A DNA stretch of 64,000 nucleotides from the NCBI GenBank assembly GCA_973895155.1, contig OZ316899.1, forward strand, positions 8,621,241-8,685,240, in the 5' to 3' direction. The position numbers and the translations under genes were made by a program. The stretch's first letter is position 1. Each line of letters starts with the position of its first letter. Source of the DNA: Marsupella aquatica (taxonomy: Eukaryota > Plantae > Marchantiophyta). The notes under the pieces were generated by a model that made no database searches, was not told the origin of the DNA, and saw only the letters and a list, made by a program, of their open reading frames with translations. This document shows, in pieces, positions 1 to 11,456 of this stretch.

Positions 1-5
1 GATGG

Positions 6-1022
6 ATGTATTGGGTAGAGCGTTACATGGGGGTGATGAAGTCATATGTCTCTAATCGGGCTAGGGTGGAAGGTAGCATTGTAGAGCGTCATCTTGGAGC
101 AGAGAGTATGTTTTATTGTACAAACATAGTTGCCACACTAGATCCAAGGGCACCTAGGGGATGGATAGATGAGGCAGCACGAGAGGCAGACTATGAGGAT
201 GATAGACTCACTGGGGCATCAGGAGAGCGTGGCTTAGGCTCAGCAGAGCGTTTGCAACTTACAACATTTATGTTGTATAACTCACCAGAGGTTGTAGGGG
301 AGTGGACAACATTTTATGAGGAGGAGAAGCAAAATAGTCGACGACCATGGTTGTTTCCCAAGTTTCACCCATACATGAAATCAAAGTTGTTAGAAGTGGA
401 TGCCTTGGTGGGTACCGGAGACAGTATATTACATTACCCACAAGTGACTGATAAGCTTTGTACCTTGGTTCATGGTCCACTGCTTAAAGTTACGACTCAG
501 ACGGCAATGTGGTCAAAGGGGAGACATTTCCGTGTGGAACGACTTGATGAGAAGAGAGCATCTACACAAGATTGTGGGGTGATGGGTTGGTTCACCCAGG
601 ATTCCCAGAGTAGCACGTCGAACATGAACCCCATTCGCTCCACCGTGGCCCATTATGGGAAGATTGATGAGATCCTGACAGTGAAGTACCATGCACATAC
701 TACTTTGGAGGAGGTGGTATTTAAGTGCAAATGGTTCAAGATGAATCTTGTAGGCAACAATCGAACATGTGAAGATGATGCGTGCGGATTTACCCGTTTG
801 AAGACATCTGCAAATAGTGTCATTAGTTCCAATTGGAGGTCCTCAGATCCCTTTGCCTTCCCACATCACCTTGAGCAATGCTTTTACCTACCCTATCCAG
901 ATGACCCACATTGGTCCATTGTCATGCCTTATATCCCTAGATCACGGGCTATAGTCCAAGAGAGACCCAATGTCGTTGTAGTGGAAGACAACGACATCCC
1001 CGACCCTCCACAAGCTAGTTAG
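6..1022 (+). CDS. CACTA TnpD transposase, C-terminal part (DUF4218/DUF4216-type), 5'-truncated by window edge
   Basis: WMYWVERYMGVMKSYVSNRARVEGSI and YGKIDEI...FKCKWF...DPFAFP..LEQCFYLPYP...WSIV motifs. Confidence 0.93.
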   Translation: MYWVERYMGVMKSYVSNRARVEGSIVERHLGAESMFYCTNIVATLDPRAPRGWIDEAAREADYEDDRLTGASGERGLGSAERLQLTTFMLYNSPEVVGEWTTFYEEEKQNSRRPWLFPKFHPYMKSKLLEVDALVGTGDSILHYPQVTDKLCTLVHGPLLKVTTQTAMWSKGRHFRVERLDEKRASTQDCGVMGWFTQDSQSSTSNMNPIRSTVAHYGKIDEILTVKYHAHTTLEEVVFKCKWFKMNLVGNNRTCEDDACGFTRLKTSANSVISSNWRSSDPFAFPHHLEQCFYLPYPDDPHWSIVMPYIPRSRAIVQERPNVVVVEDNDIPDPPQAS

Positions 1023-1234
1023 TATATTTTGTATGTAGCTAGGCCCCCCCCCAACCACACCACCTTCATGTTTTTTTTAATTGGCAATATAAAAGTTGGC
1101 ATCATTACTTCTTTAATTGTCATGGTATGCACATGCCCAAAATCTCTTGGTTATATATAGAAGTGTCCTTACCTTATATACCCTTCCTAAGAATCCCCCC
1201 GCCTTATGTCCCATTGACTGTCCCATGAAAAAGC

Positions 1235-1760
1235 CATCGGATCTCCATCGCACCTTCTAAAAACAGAAACCAGACCGATACTCCCAACTACGGACTATTC
1301 CATATAAAACCCATCGGACATACATTTCCGATCCTCTCCGCAACTGACACCTTCTCCTCCTTTGTTGACGAGATATCCGATCCAACATCCGATGGACAAT
1401 GTCCGACATCATTTTTTACGCACAAACTATCCGACCCTAAACCCAACGGACACAAATATCCGATGCATTCTGTGACGGTCCTAGTCCGATACAACTACCA
1501 ACGCAAACATCTTGCGATGCATTAAGGTTCGGACCAATTATGCGGTCATGGCGATATAGTTTCCAATATGTTTAGTGTCGGATACTGTCCGATAGTAGTA
1601 CGATGGGACAGTGTATGCGATGGGTTTTACATTGGAATATGTAGGTCCGATGGTATCAGGATCGGAAAATACGTTGCGGGGCATATCGGATATTGTCCGA
1701 AGTGTTCGGCATGGGATGAGTGACGTTTGGGTCAAAAGGAGTATCGGAAAACAGCCAAAA
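1235..1760. repeat. CACTA subterminal repeat cluster (TCCGA/TCGGA)
   Basis: Many TCCGA and TCGGA units in both orientations next to the TIR. Confidence 0.8.
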
Positions 1761-2046
1761 ATGTACTAGTGTCAATGAATTAATGGGCCATGTGATAACC
1801 TGAAAAATGTGATTTATGTCTGACTTATTTGTCTCAACCACTATCATAGCCTATTTAGGATGTATAAATTACAACCCTTATCACACTGCTTCATACCAAT
1901 CCTATTTGAAAAATTCCTGTTTTACATGTCACGACTATTGTATGTGATTCAAATGCATGAAATGTTGTTGCAGATCTCCTTTGGTGAATCATAGCCACAA
2001 AATTGAGGTGTTGGTGGAGCAATTGTACTAGGGGATCAGTTTTGTG

Positions 2047-2395
2047 GGGGGGTATTTACAAACGACAGGAAACAACAAACAGTAACAGGAAACAGAAACT
2101 GGTAACAGGAAAATGAGTGGTAATTTTTTTGGAAATTTTTTTGAAATTTTTTTTGAAATTTTTTTTGAAGTTTGTTTTTTTTCGAATATTTTTTTTTTGC
2201 TAGCGCTGGTAATGCTAGCGCCCAAAGCTAGCCAAAAAATGTTATAATTTAATTTTTTTTGGAAAATTTGACGTTTTAGAAAATATTTTGACATTGTTAT
2301 TTTTCCTGGTAACAGTAAATTTTTGCTGGTAACAGGAAAATTTTTACTGGTACCAGTAAGCCTGTTTCCTGTTTACTGTCACGCATGCCATACCC
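2047..2395. mobile_element. MITE-sized non-autonomous derivative of the Mutator-like family
   Basis: Left end GGGTATTTACAAACGACAGGAAAC matches 10565; right end (reverse complement GGGTATGGCATGCGTGACAGTAAACAGGAAACAGG) matches 54449; degenerate TAGCGC palindromes at ~2200-2232; TTTTGTG on both flanks is a possible TSD. Confidence 0.75.
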
Positions 2396-2579
2396 GTTTT
2401 TTGTGTGGGCTCAACAAACCAAAAGTATGTTTGCTCTGCATCCTTGTGTGACCATTCCAATTCATTGCAGTAGCAAATGCCTTTGTACCTTAAATGCTAA
2501 ATTTTACTTTTTGTGCAGTCTCCTAAAATGTATTGCCTGTACCATCTACTTAATTGTATTGTCTGTCTCATGCGTAGGC

Positions 2580-3259
2580 ATGGCACGCCCCAAAATTCCA
2601 GCAAAAAAGCGTGTGATAGAGGTGAGCAACACAAGTGTACCTGGGCCACATGTTACTAACTTCTCCGCAAGTCAGATTTTCCAGAAGGCAACTCATTGTT
2701 GTGCCATTTGTGACAATGGCGGGAGCTTGGTCATCTGTGAGGGCCCTTGCACGAGGCATTTTCACCTCAACCCGGAGTCTGACCTTGCTGCAGAAAACAA
2801 CTGTCCAGGGGTGGGCCTCCCCTCAACACACCAGGGAGACTGGATGTGCACTGATTGTTTGGAGAAGCAAGCTAAGTGTGCACAGTGTGGGAAGTTGGGG
2901 TCCTATGAGGGCTCTGTTGATGCTGACCAGATGTTAGGAAATGTCCAGACCGTTTTTGTGTGAGGTTTTTCTGTTTTGAGTGTTTGCCTACTCATGCCAC
3001 AGCTTGCCCACTTCATAGGTGCAAGGCATGTGGTGAGCATGATGATGACTAGTGGGCTGACATAGTCCACTATGCTAGGTGTCCCACTATGTGGCACTAT
3101 CATTCCTTGAAAGATCGTCAAGCAGAGGGTTATGCTTGTGACAGAGAAATCTATGATCACTCTGGACATGGTGTTGATTGATGGATATTTTATTGTCATA
3201 GCCATGCCATTGATTCTACCTCACGCACTCCTGTGAGAGATCACATATCTTGGCTGTGA
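2580..3259 (+). pseudogene. EDM2/NSD-type multi-PHD finger gene carried by CACTA family C (probable intron and frameshifts)
   Basis: CAICDNGGSLVICEGPCTRHFH...C...WMCTDC....KCAQCGKLG and C-terminal YFYCHSHAIDSTSRTPVRDHISWL*; homologous to 53046-53705. Confidence 0.8.
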
Positions 3260-3839
3260 AGCTGAACATTGTACATGCACAGTGCACCTGATGTGGATGT
3301 ACTATTTTTGGAGATTGCAAAGATTCCAATTTTGAAGAGGAGTTGGGTAGGCGAGTTTATACAGGCAGCACTTATCCTATGCTCTGGCGTCAGTGGCTGG
3401 GTACATGCCTATAAAAACTTATCCCTACAAGCCTTCTTGGAAGTATTTAGGCTGAGTGGTCATTTTCATAAACACTCTCATCAGACTGCTAAATTAAAAC
3501 AGGACTTCAAAGTTGTAAGCATATAGATTATCAGGCATGCAATTAATCAAATTGCCCTATAAGTTTGTCATTGGATGTATCCTCCTTTACAACAAAATAT
3601 GCATGTGTCATGAGAAGTTTGTTGCACTTCATTTCACCTTTGATGTGGATTTTCTAGTATATATTCAAACAATGTTTTGCATATGTGTAAGTGCCTAGTA
3701 TGTATTGTTCACATATCCCCTGTACTTATCAAAATCAGACTTGAGCACCAGTGGACCGGATCAACTCAAAAAGCAAGAATTTTGTTGTCCTTGTATTGTC
3801 AGGTGAACCCATTCTTCCAAATTTCACTCTGATCACATA

Positions 3840-4625
3840 GGGTGTGTGTACATGGAGCCTGGAAAACGTAGAAAGTGTGACCACCCAGCAATGTTTACAG
3901 GGGTCAGAGCCATTTTGGTCCATGGCTAGCATGGGTTGATCAAAGTGCATTGGCCAACTTTACAAAAATGATTCTCTGAGCTCCATGGCACTGTGACATC
4001 ACTCCAAAGACTACACATGTTGTTGCAGGGACATGGCTATCAGTGATAAAGAAGTGGTCATGGTCCTACATGAATTCTGCAATTACTGAGCAAGGCCTAA
4101 AAGCAGTTGAGGCCTCTTGGATCACAGAATCCATAGCACATCAGATTTACAGGATACTGAGCAATACAAACTGTGGGAGGATGAAGAAGCTACTGCATCA
4201 GCTTGGGCTGAACAAGAAGTCTAGGAAGCAAAGGCACGGCTTGCTGATATCCAATATGGACCTGCACTCAACAAAGGACAACACTCAAGAAGGCTGAAGA
4301 GTATGTTGGCTGAGGAGATGAAGCAACCAACCCCCATTCTGAAAGGGCTGAGCATGGTATTTGTGGAGACGGGAATTGGAGAGGTTAAGTGCAAAGTGTA
4401 AAGTCCACAGTGCTTGACCTAGGTGGGACAGTGGAGGAGAATATAATAGAGGACACCACTCATGTCATTACTAAGTCATATCCCAAAGCCTACCGCAAGT
4501 TGGGAAGGGTGACATTTGCTTTTATGTCATGTCCCATAATGTGTTTGTGGTTTCATATGCTTGGCTTGTGGAATCAGTAGCAGCTGGGAAGCGTCAAAAC
4601 CCAATGGACTATGATCTTTTTTAGG
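3840..4625 (+). pseudogene. Tandem BRCT-domain gene remnant
   Basis: Reading across frameshifts gives two BRCT-like repeats: ...HGTV...KTTHVVAG...AVEASWITESI and ILKGLSMVFV...DLGGTVEENIIEDTTHVIT...VVSYAWLVESVAAGKRQNPMDY. Confidence 0.7.
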
Positions 4626-4798
4626 CCTGGCCACGGAAGGGTCAGGATCCTCACAGGGAGGACTATGTGACAACAAGTGAGGAAGGGGTCATTAGCAATT
4701 CTGAATCAGAGTGAGGAGTAGTAGCATCAGTTTGGACACAAGTGTTTTTTGTATAAATCACATCTCTGAAATAAATGTTATCTTTGAACTAATGTACC

Positions 4799-5419
4799 TT
4801 GTTATGGTTGGTCGCAGTTGGACTTATTTTACTGTTGGTGGATTGTTGTTTCCTGCTGCTTGAGGGTGTCACTGTAAACAAACTGGGTGGGCTCAAATCT
4901 GGGCGGCAGACTTTTGTGGGTATGTTGCCTTTCCTAGATCAACAGGCACTAAGTAGGCTCCTCCTCTGGGTTGCCGCATGGCTGGCCACTGTTTGGACTC
5001 TCCTGCATGGATTGGTGCTAAAACATATTTTGGCACCGCCCAAGGATGCAAGAGACAATTGTGAGCCCAAGGATGCACAATCCAAAGAGGATATCTACTT
5101 TTCAGCACATGAGTTAGACAAGCATGATGTTGTAGGTGGTTCCTTGTCACCTGATTTGGCAGATGATATAGTTCTTACACATGTCTGGCCGAGGGTTCTT
5201 GTGGTGTCCTGCGCACAATATATCTGCAAATATAGACTAATTAGTACCCAGTGGAGGGACTTGGTAGTAACATGTGCACAATGGAGGGCATTGCACCCAC
5301 TACTTGTAGGCACGGATCGAAGACCACCATGGCATGAGCAGGGTTTAGACCTTGATGACTTAATGTACATGCCTGAGTACCTCAGGCTGAGTGGCATCAA
5401 AAACAGGATTGGTATTTGA
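4799..5419 (+). CDS. Small protein with hydrophobic N-terminus and F-box-like motif
   Basis: DLADDIVLTHVWPRV....ICKYRLISTQWRDLV resembles the F-box consensus LPxDIxxxIxxRL....RxVSKxWRxLV. Confidence 0.5.
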   Translation: MLWLVAVGLILLLVDCCFLLLEGVTVNKLGGLKSGRQTFVGMLPFLDQQALSRLLLWVAAWLATVWTLLHGLVLKHILAPPKDARDNCEPKDAQSKEDIYFSAHELDKHDVVGGSLSPDLADDIVLTHVWPRVLVVSCAQYICKYRLISTQWRDLVVTCAQWRALHPLLVGTDRRPPWHEQGLDLDDLMYMPEYLRLSGIKNRIGI

Positions 5420-5864
5420 TGTGGTAGTATGATGAGGACATCTCACACCGGTCTTGCACCAGGCACCGGTGTCTATGACTATACATGATTGGACTCTGAT
5501 ATGGTCATGGATGTACATGCAAAGGCAGTATATGTGAGGACAGCGGAGGAGTTGACACCCTCAAACATTTAGGAATTTTGTCTCATTCACTTGAGAATAG
5601 GTACATGACCCAGGCACCTATGTTTTTAGTTTTTTTAGTTTTTTTGGAACGTTACGTTACCTCTTTTGGCATGTGCAATCGGGGATGAAATCCTTAATAG
5701 GGAGTGTATTTTTCACTTGCATAATAAAATGATAGGGCACTGGGTGCGTGTCTATAGTGATGGCTCGAAGGTTGCCTCTTCACAACCCATTTAGGATTAG
5801 GCATCATGATTCTAAATTGTGGATGTGTGAACAAGCCTGAGCCGCCCAAGGTAGAAGTAGGAGG

Positions 5865-7179
5865 ATGAGATGCCCATGCACACAGTGCCAAGGATTCAAG
5901 TTGTTGAGGTTGAACACTGTTCACCTTCACCTGCAGCGACATGAAAGGCATCCTTGGTGGAGGGTTTGGAATGTACCAGCAGAAGAAGACTCCTCCGATG
6001 ACGAGTGGAGAGCTAACTTTGTGGATTCTAATACAGCTAGACGTAGAGACTACGTAGAACAGGACATAGACGGTGCACAGGATGGTCCTGGGGTACAACG
6101 TGGCAACATGGATGACCAAGATGGAGATGCAGAAGTCACTGAGGACGGTGGGATGGATGGCCCAAGAATGGTTCAAGAGATTTTTGAAGACCTTGATGCT
6201 TTTTACGACACAGTGGAATCAAAAGAGGACAATGAACCACAGCCACACATTGGAGACGGCCCACCTGAACCTGACTTTGACATTGGGGAAGGTGCAGAAG
6301 AGAGGGAGTGGGTGTTTGGGGGCCCAAACCACATCAAAGAAGCGGTCAAAAGCAAGCTAGAGGGGTACCAAAGGAGTCCCCAGGGACTAGCTCAAAAAGG
6401 AGAGTGAAAGGAGTATAAATGTCATTAAGATTTAGCTGAGCACACTCCCAAAAAGGTTGGGCACACTTCCAAAAAGATTGTGCACACTTCCAAAAAGATT
6501 GGGCACTCTTCTTAAATTCCGAAATATGTGGACACACTTCCAAAGATTTGGCATGCAAGATCTTACCTTTCAATCTCACCAAAACAATCCTGGCCATTCC
6601 ATGTAACATTTTGGTCTTTTTGTCCTCTAGTGATTGCTTTTACCAAGGACCTATGTCCTTTTGGTGGAGAAAATGGAGATCCTTTCAGTACCCCTCTAGC
6701 TTGCACTTGACCAAGCCTGAATTCCTATCTACGAGGGGTCAAATTGCTCCAAGCTGGGTTCTGTTGTGTTCCCAATATATTTGTGACAGAGTTGTTGACC
6801 TTCCTGCGCCGAAATGTGTTACCAGATGGTAATTCAATTCCAACAAATATGTACGAGGCTAGGAAATTGATGTCTAACCTTGGGCTGAACTATGTGTCTA
6901 TTGACGCATGCCCTGATGGGTGTGTTCTCTTTCGCAAAGAGCATGCAGATAAATTGACATGCCATCATTGTGGTAAGCACGGGTACAAGAATATAGGGAA
7001 ATGTACACATCTTGCCAAGGTTCTTTGTCATTTTCCTCTCATTCCTAGACTACAACGTCTGTTTAGCTGCCCTGCCATTTCCAAGCTGATGACATGGACA
7101 CCTGATAACAAGAGTAGTGATGGCCTCCAGCGTCACATTGGAGATTCCAACCATTGGAAATTTGTTGATGAGAGGTGGA
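5865..7179 (+). pseudogene. CACTA TnpD transposase N-terminal part, interrupted by a MITE and truncated
   Basis: RCPCTQC..HL transposase-associated domain; LPDGNSIPTNMYEARK...IDACPDGCVLF...CHHCG...HFPLIPRLQRLF; WKFVDERW. Confidence 0.88.
6344..6712. mobile_element. MITE with ~25-bp TIRs and 4-bp TSD
   Basis: TIR GGTCAA..GCAAGCTAGAGGGGTAC at both ends; AAGC duplicated at 6340-6343 and 6713-6716; internal 21-bp repeats GCACACTTCCAAAAAGATTG. Confidence 0.88.
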
Positions 7180-7482
7180 GTCACGGAACTCGACTACCTT
7201 AACACTTAGCTCCGGCGTCGCTCACTCCAACGCCGAGCTCCCTTATGGTCCAAGCCCGGATAGGCCATCCGTGGGAGGACAGTCGCGGAACTCAACTACC
7301 TTAACACTTAGCTCCGGCGTCCCTGACTCCGACGCCGAGCTTCCTTATGGTCCAGGCCCAGATAGGCCATCCTGGGAGGACAGTCACGGAACTCAACTAC
7401 CTTAACACTTAGCTCCGGCGTCACTGACTCCGACGCCGAGCTCCCTTATGGTCCAGGCCCAGATAGGCCATCCGGGGAGGAC
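7180..7482. repeat. Three tandem ~101-bp copies of the terminus of repeat Y
   Basis: Units start GTCRCGGAACTCRACTACCTTAACACTTAGC at 7180, 7282 and 7383. Confidence 0.93.
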
Positions 7483-7609
7483 TTAGCAGGGGGAGACTTG
7501 TGGGCAATGAGACGTGGCACTAGCGAAGGGACAATGAGCCAAGCTGGTGATACACATTAAGGACTTAGGCTAGCTGAGAGATGGTCGGGTCAAGGGGAAA
7601 AGGGGCCGG

Positions 7610-9085
7610 TGTCGGGGGAATCTTTAGTTCTTGGGAAGCACCGAGCTCTTGTTTTTCCTATCTTGGAAGAAACCTTTCCAAAATACGCCTTTTCTCACCT
7701 CACATTACCCTTGCGATCCCCTTTGTCGATCAATTTCTCTCACCGTTATCCTCTAAAATATCTTTCACAGCCTTTGTCCCACTCTACAATGAGCGGCTTC
7801 CTCACACTAAGCCTCGAATCGGCCTATCCTCTTTCCACATAACTTACTTCCCAAGTCAAATCATAGATTGCAATTTCCAACGAATCCTACAATTAGATAA
7901 GTCAATTATAGAAAACAAAGACTATGATCTTAAGATTTACCATAGATGATATAATCACAGGCTCTGGCATCCTAAGCATAACATTGTATCTTTCATCTCC
8001 ATACTTTCTAACTAAAACATCTCTACAATCAATCTTCTTACGACATACCACTCTAATGTCAATAGATGAAGGAAAATCAGACACATTATTAGGAAGCCTA
8101 TTCAAATCTAACTCCGGTACATTTACGGATTGTCTATTAAAATCCATCTAATATAAAATAAAAATAGTTACATTCCATTCATTTCCATAAACAACAATCG
8201 GGTATACAAATGGTGCATCGCTATTCATAACTGTTTCCATTAACTCAAACCCAAAATGATAAAGAAGATGCATTCTCATGGTATGCTTGCTAAGACAATG
8301 AATTCTAATTAAGAAAGGATTGACAAATGGCACAGCAGGTGGGGGATAAACTCTAGGTACTCCATTTATCATATTATTCATTATAAGCACACTAAATTGA
8401 TCTCAAGACTAATAAACATAAAACATAAAATAGTTCTAAGGCTAACAATCAAGTTAGTACCCAAGCATGGAGGTAAATAATAAACAAGACATGTGCACAA
8501 GAGGGGAAGAGTTCCTTACAGTGTTGCGAGTCCAACACGATAGATCAAACAATGCGAATGAGGAGAGTGTGCTCCTCTTTACTTTATTTATAGTGCCCCT
8601 TTGTGTTTTCCAAGAGGGCATGGATCGATGCCTTGACCCTTGGATGGAAGCCAAGTGGCAAGCATCAAGCACCTATAAGTGTGCTAGTACTATTCATAGT
8701 TGGTGGAACTACTGTGCGTAGTTGGTGGAATTATTACGCGTAATTGGTGGAACTACTATGCGTAATTGGTGCAACTACTATGTGTAGTTGGTGAAACTAC
8801 TATGCGTAATTGGTGCAACTACTATGCGTAGTTGGTGAAACTACTATGCGTAATTGGTGCAACTACTATGCGTAGTTGGTGGAATTACTATGCATCTAGT
8901 TTGTAAAACTACTATGCGTAAATGGTGGAACTATTGTGTACCATTATAGAATGTACACACTACATATAGAATGTAATATATATGCTCTAATAGTACTATT
9001 ATGAAGCTTTTAAGTAAAACCCTCTTCACATAAACTCAAATAACACAATATGGATTCTAGCCTTCTAAAAGGAATCCCCACGACA
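7610..9085. mobile_element. 1.48-kb insertion with TGT...ACA ends, short imperfect TIRs and 4-bp TSD CCGG (non-autonomous Ginger-like element or solo LTR)
   Basis: Starts TGTCGGGGGAATCTTTAG and ends CTAAAAGGAATCCCCACGACA; CCGG at 7606-7609 and 9086-9089; splits repeat Y. Confidence 0.8.
8697..8935. repeat. 22-bp minisatellite, about 11 units
   Basis: TARTTGGTGVAACTACTATGCG repeated head to tail. Confidence 0.92.
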
Positions 9086-10949
9086 CCGGGCTCAAGGTCG
9101 ATCATTTGGACCTCCAGACAGACTTTGAGTTTTGAGGGCTTGAGTGTGAGCTCCTCTTGGGCCCAAAGCCAATGGAGTTGACGCCATGAGCAACGGAGGC
9201 TTGGGGCGTGAGTTATGGCCCGATCCGGGTTTGGCCGATCGGGGACCCCTAGCAGCAATGAGACCTGAGGGCCTAGGCTGAACACCGGGTTGGCCCAATC
9301 ACAATGGGCTAAGGCACTCCGCTTGCGGACACTTAACAAGAAATTTATGGGCGTTGCCAATTGGTGACGCACCCACTATGCGCAATAGGATCCAGATTGG
9401 AGGCCAAATGTTTGGGGACCAAAGTTGGTCCAGGGGTGGCAGGTCTCTAGAAGCATATATGAGGGGAGTGATGTCTCCTTGGAGGCCAAGGGCGAGCCGG
9501 AGTCGTGAGTCACGGTGGTCGCGACACTAAGGGAAAGCGAGCCAAACAGAAATGACGATATCTTTCCAACGAGAAGTCCATTGGTGGACTTCTTGGGTGT
9601 GTTGGAAATCTCTCAAGGAGGACTACATCTTCCTGAGCTCATCTGGGTCTGGGGAGCCATGGGTTCTCAAGGTTTGCCGGTGTTAGCTTGCCCGCTTGCC
9701 AAATCCTGCTGAAATAGCAGCCAAGTTGTGTTTAGTCTCCCAAGGGAGCTTGCGTTGGGGAGGCAAGGCCAAGTAGGCGTGGAGGTTGAGTTCCAAGGGC
9801 ACTTGGCCCCTAGACTATCAGTGGGGCAAGAACCGGGAGTTGGTTGCTAGAGTTTACCCTAAACCCTACCGCCTCAAGGTCGTCTTTCAGCCCCCATCCT
9901 TGAGGTGAATCATGTTCATGTCAATGATTCCAGTTACACGATTCTGCTGCCAATAGCCGCGGCGGCAAAAGAGAGACGTGCATTTATCCCTAGGCTAGCA
10001 TTGATCCTGACTATGATGAAGCAATAAAATGTAAAGTTAAGCTGTAAGCTCCACGGGTGAGGGCACGTACATGTGCAACTCGTGCTATGTTGGTCTGTGC
10101 AGCAATTGTTGATGTAGTTGTTCAGAGCAAAATGATTGGCGACTCCTTCCATAGAGACTTTGTGTGCTGATTCTGAGTACTAAAGTCCTGTGGTCCCGCC
10201 AGAGCAAGTGAAATACAAAAGCTCTCATGGAATGGTGCAACAAAGGGTTGGAAGAATAATGTGACAGACTGAGGATAGTGACAGGATATGACCAGGAGCC
10301 AGAGCGGGTGAAAGTCTCTTGAATAGTTCCCTCAATGAAGACGAGAAAGGTAGGTCTGGGCATAAAGCATCATTTGACCTCATTGGAGGGAAACTCACAT
10401 AGTGGTATGTTTGTTTTTTTAGGGTAGCCGTCATAGTGGTGGCTGCTCATGCGGTGAGGTGGCAGTGTATAGCAACGCATGCAATAAAGTATTCTTGGTG
10501 TATAGTATATGGAATATTATGCAGTACATCCTATGTATAAAGAGTTGCTTTTAATACATAATATGGGGAATTTACAAACGACAACAAACAGATAACAATA
10601 ACAATAAACAGTTACTGTTACAGCAAACAGGAACTGCTACAAGTGAACAGTGTTAGGGTTCCAATGAACAGTGATATAAAAAACCAAGACTAAAGAAGTG
10701 TTTGGCAGTACTGATATAGAAAGTAAGATGACCAAAGAGGCCTAGAAGGAAACAAAACAAAATGGAAACATGTCTTTGCCAAACGAGTAAAACGACTCAC
10801 CATTCAAACAAACAAAATCCGAGACCAAAATATGTCAATATACGAAGGGGGAAAAACAAAATGTCATATATAATCGGAAAGTACACAACGCGCTCGCAGT
10901 TGAAACCAAAAACTTGTTGGCAGAAAAGTCTGATATACATAAGCCGTGG

Positions 10950-11250
10950 GCAACCCCGGCTCAAGATTGCCAAGAAAACATAAGCAGCGCTTGGCGCTAG
11001 ATTATGCTACAATCCTGAAAATGCGGTCTAACAAAGAGAATAATCGGAAAGAAATCCAAAATGCCTAAGCCTCGGCCAACTCAGTCTCAAAACTTCCGCA
11101 AGAACATAAGCAACGCTCGGCGCTAGCTTACACTCCGGTCTTGAAAATGCGGTCTAATGAAGAGCACAATAAAAAAACCATAACGCATAAGCCTTGGTCG
11201 ACTCAGTCTCAAACTTCCGCAAGAACATAAGCAGCGCTTGGCGCTATCTT
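10950..11250. repeat. Three ~120-bp tandem units, each holding a palindrome variant (AGCGCTTGGCGCT)
   Basis: CAAGAACATAAGCAGCGCTTGGCGCTA-like block at ~10972, ~11099 and ~11220. Confidence 0.8.
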
Positions 11251-11456
11251 AAAGTTATGACCAAACCGAATGATGTAACATTGTTTGATGTGAAAAACCA
11301 TTGCGCCTAAACATATGAAGAGCACCTCTAGCTTTTAGAGTTGCAATCGTTGTCCACTCCTGTCGCTTCCCATTTCCAATTTTCCTTGAATCCAAGACCA
11401 CACAATCGAATGTCTCTCAGAAGGTCCTCGATGCACTGCCCTCTTGAAACCTTCAT

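Larger units (their letters stand above)
1..1771 (+). mobile_element. Right end of a CACTA (En/Spm) element, family A (sibling of 42015-52073)
   Basis: Ends ...AAAATGTACTAGTG at 1771 (reverse complement CACTAGTACATTTT), the same terminus as 52073; TCCGA/TCGGA subterminal repeats; TnpD 3' end closely similar to 50382-51387. Confidence 0.92.
1772..7179 (+). mobile_element. Fragment of CACTA family C (PHD + BRCT + F-box-like cargo upstream of TnpD); termini not seen
   Basis: Same PHD-then-TnpD order as family B (53705->38499); TnpD cut off at 7179. Confidence 0.65.
7180..9853. mobile_element. Unclassified repeat Y, copy 1 (interrupted at 7610-9085)
   Basis: 7180-7609 and 9086-9853 are collinear with the reverse complement of 17036-16060. 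Confidence 0.8.

Noticed and set aside
2580-3259. Host EDM2 gene
   Set aside because: Only the PHD cassette is present, it stops right after it, and it lies in CACTA context; no gene symbol assigned
8697-8935. CRISPR array
   Set aside because: Head-to-tail 22-bp minisatellite without spacers
9855-9870. Telomeric repeat CCCTAAACCCTA at the end of repeat Y homology
   Set aside because: Under two units; could be a telo-box or chance
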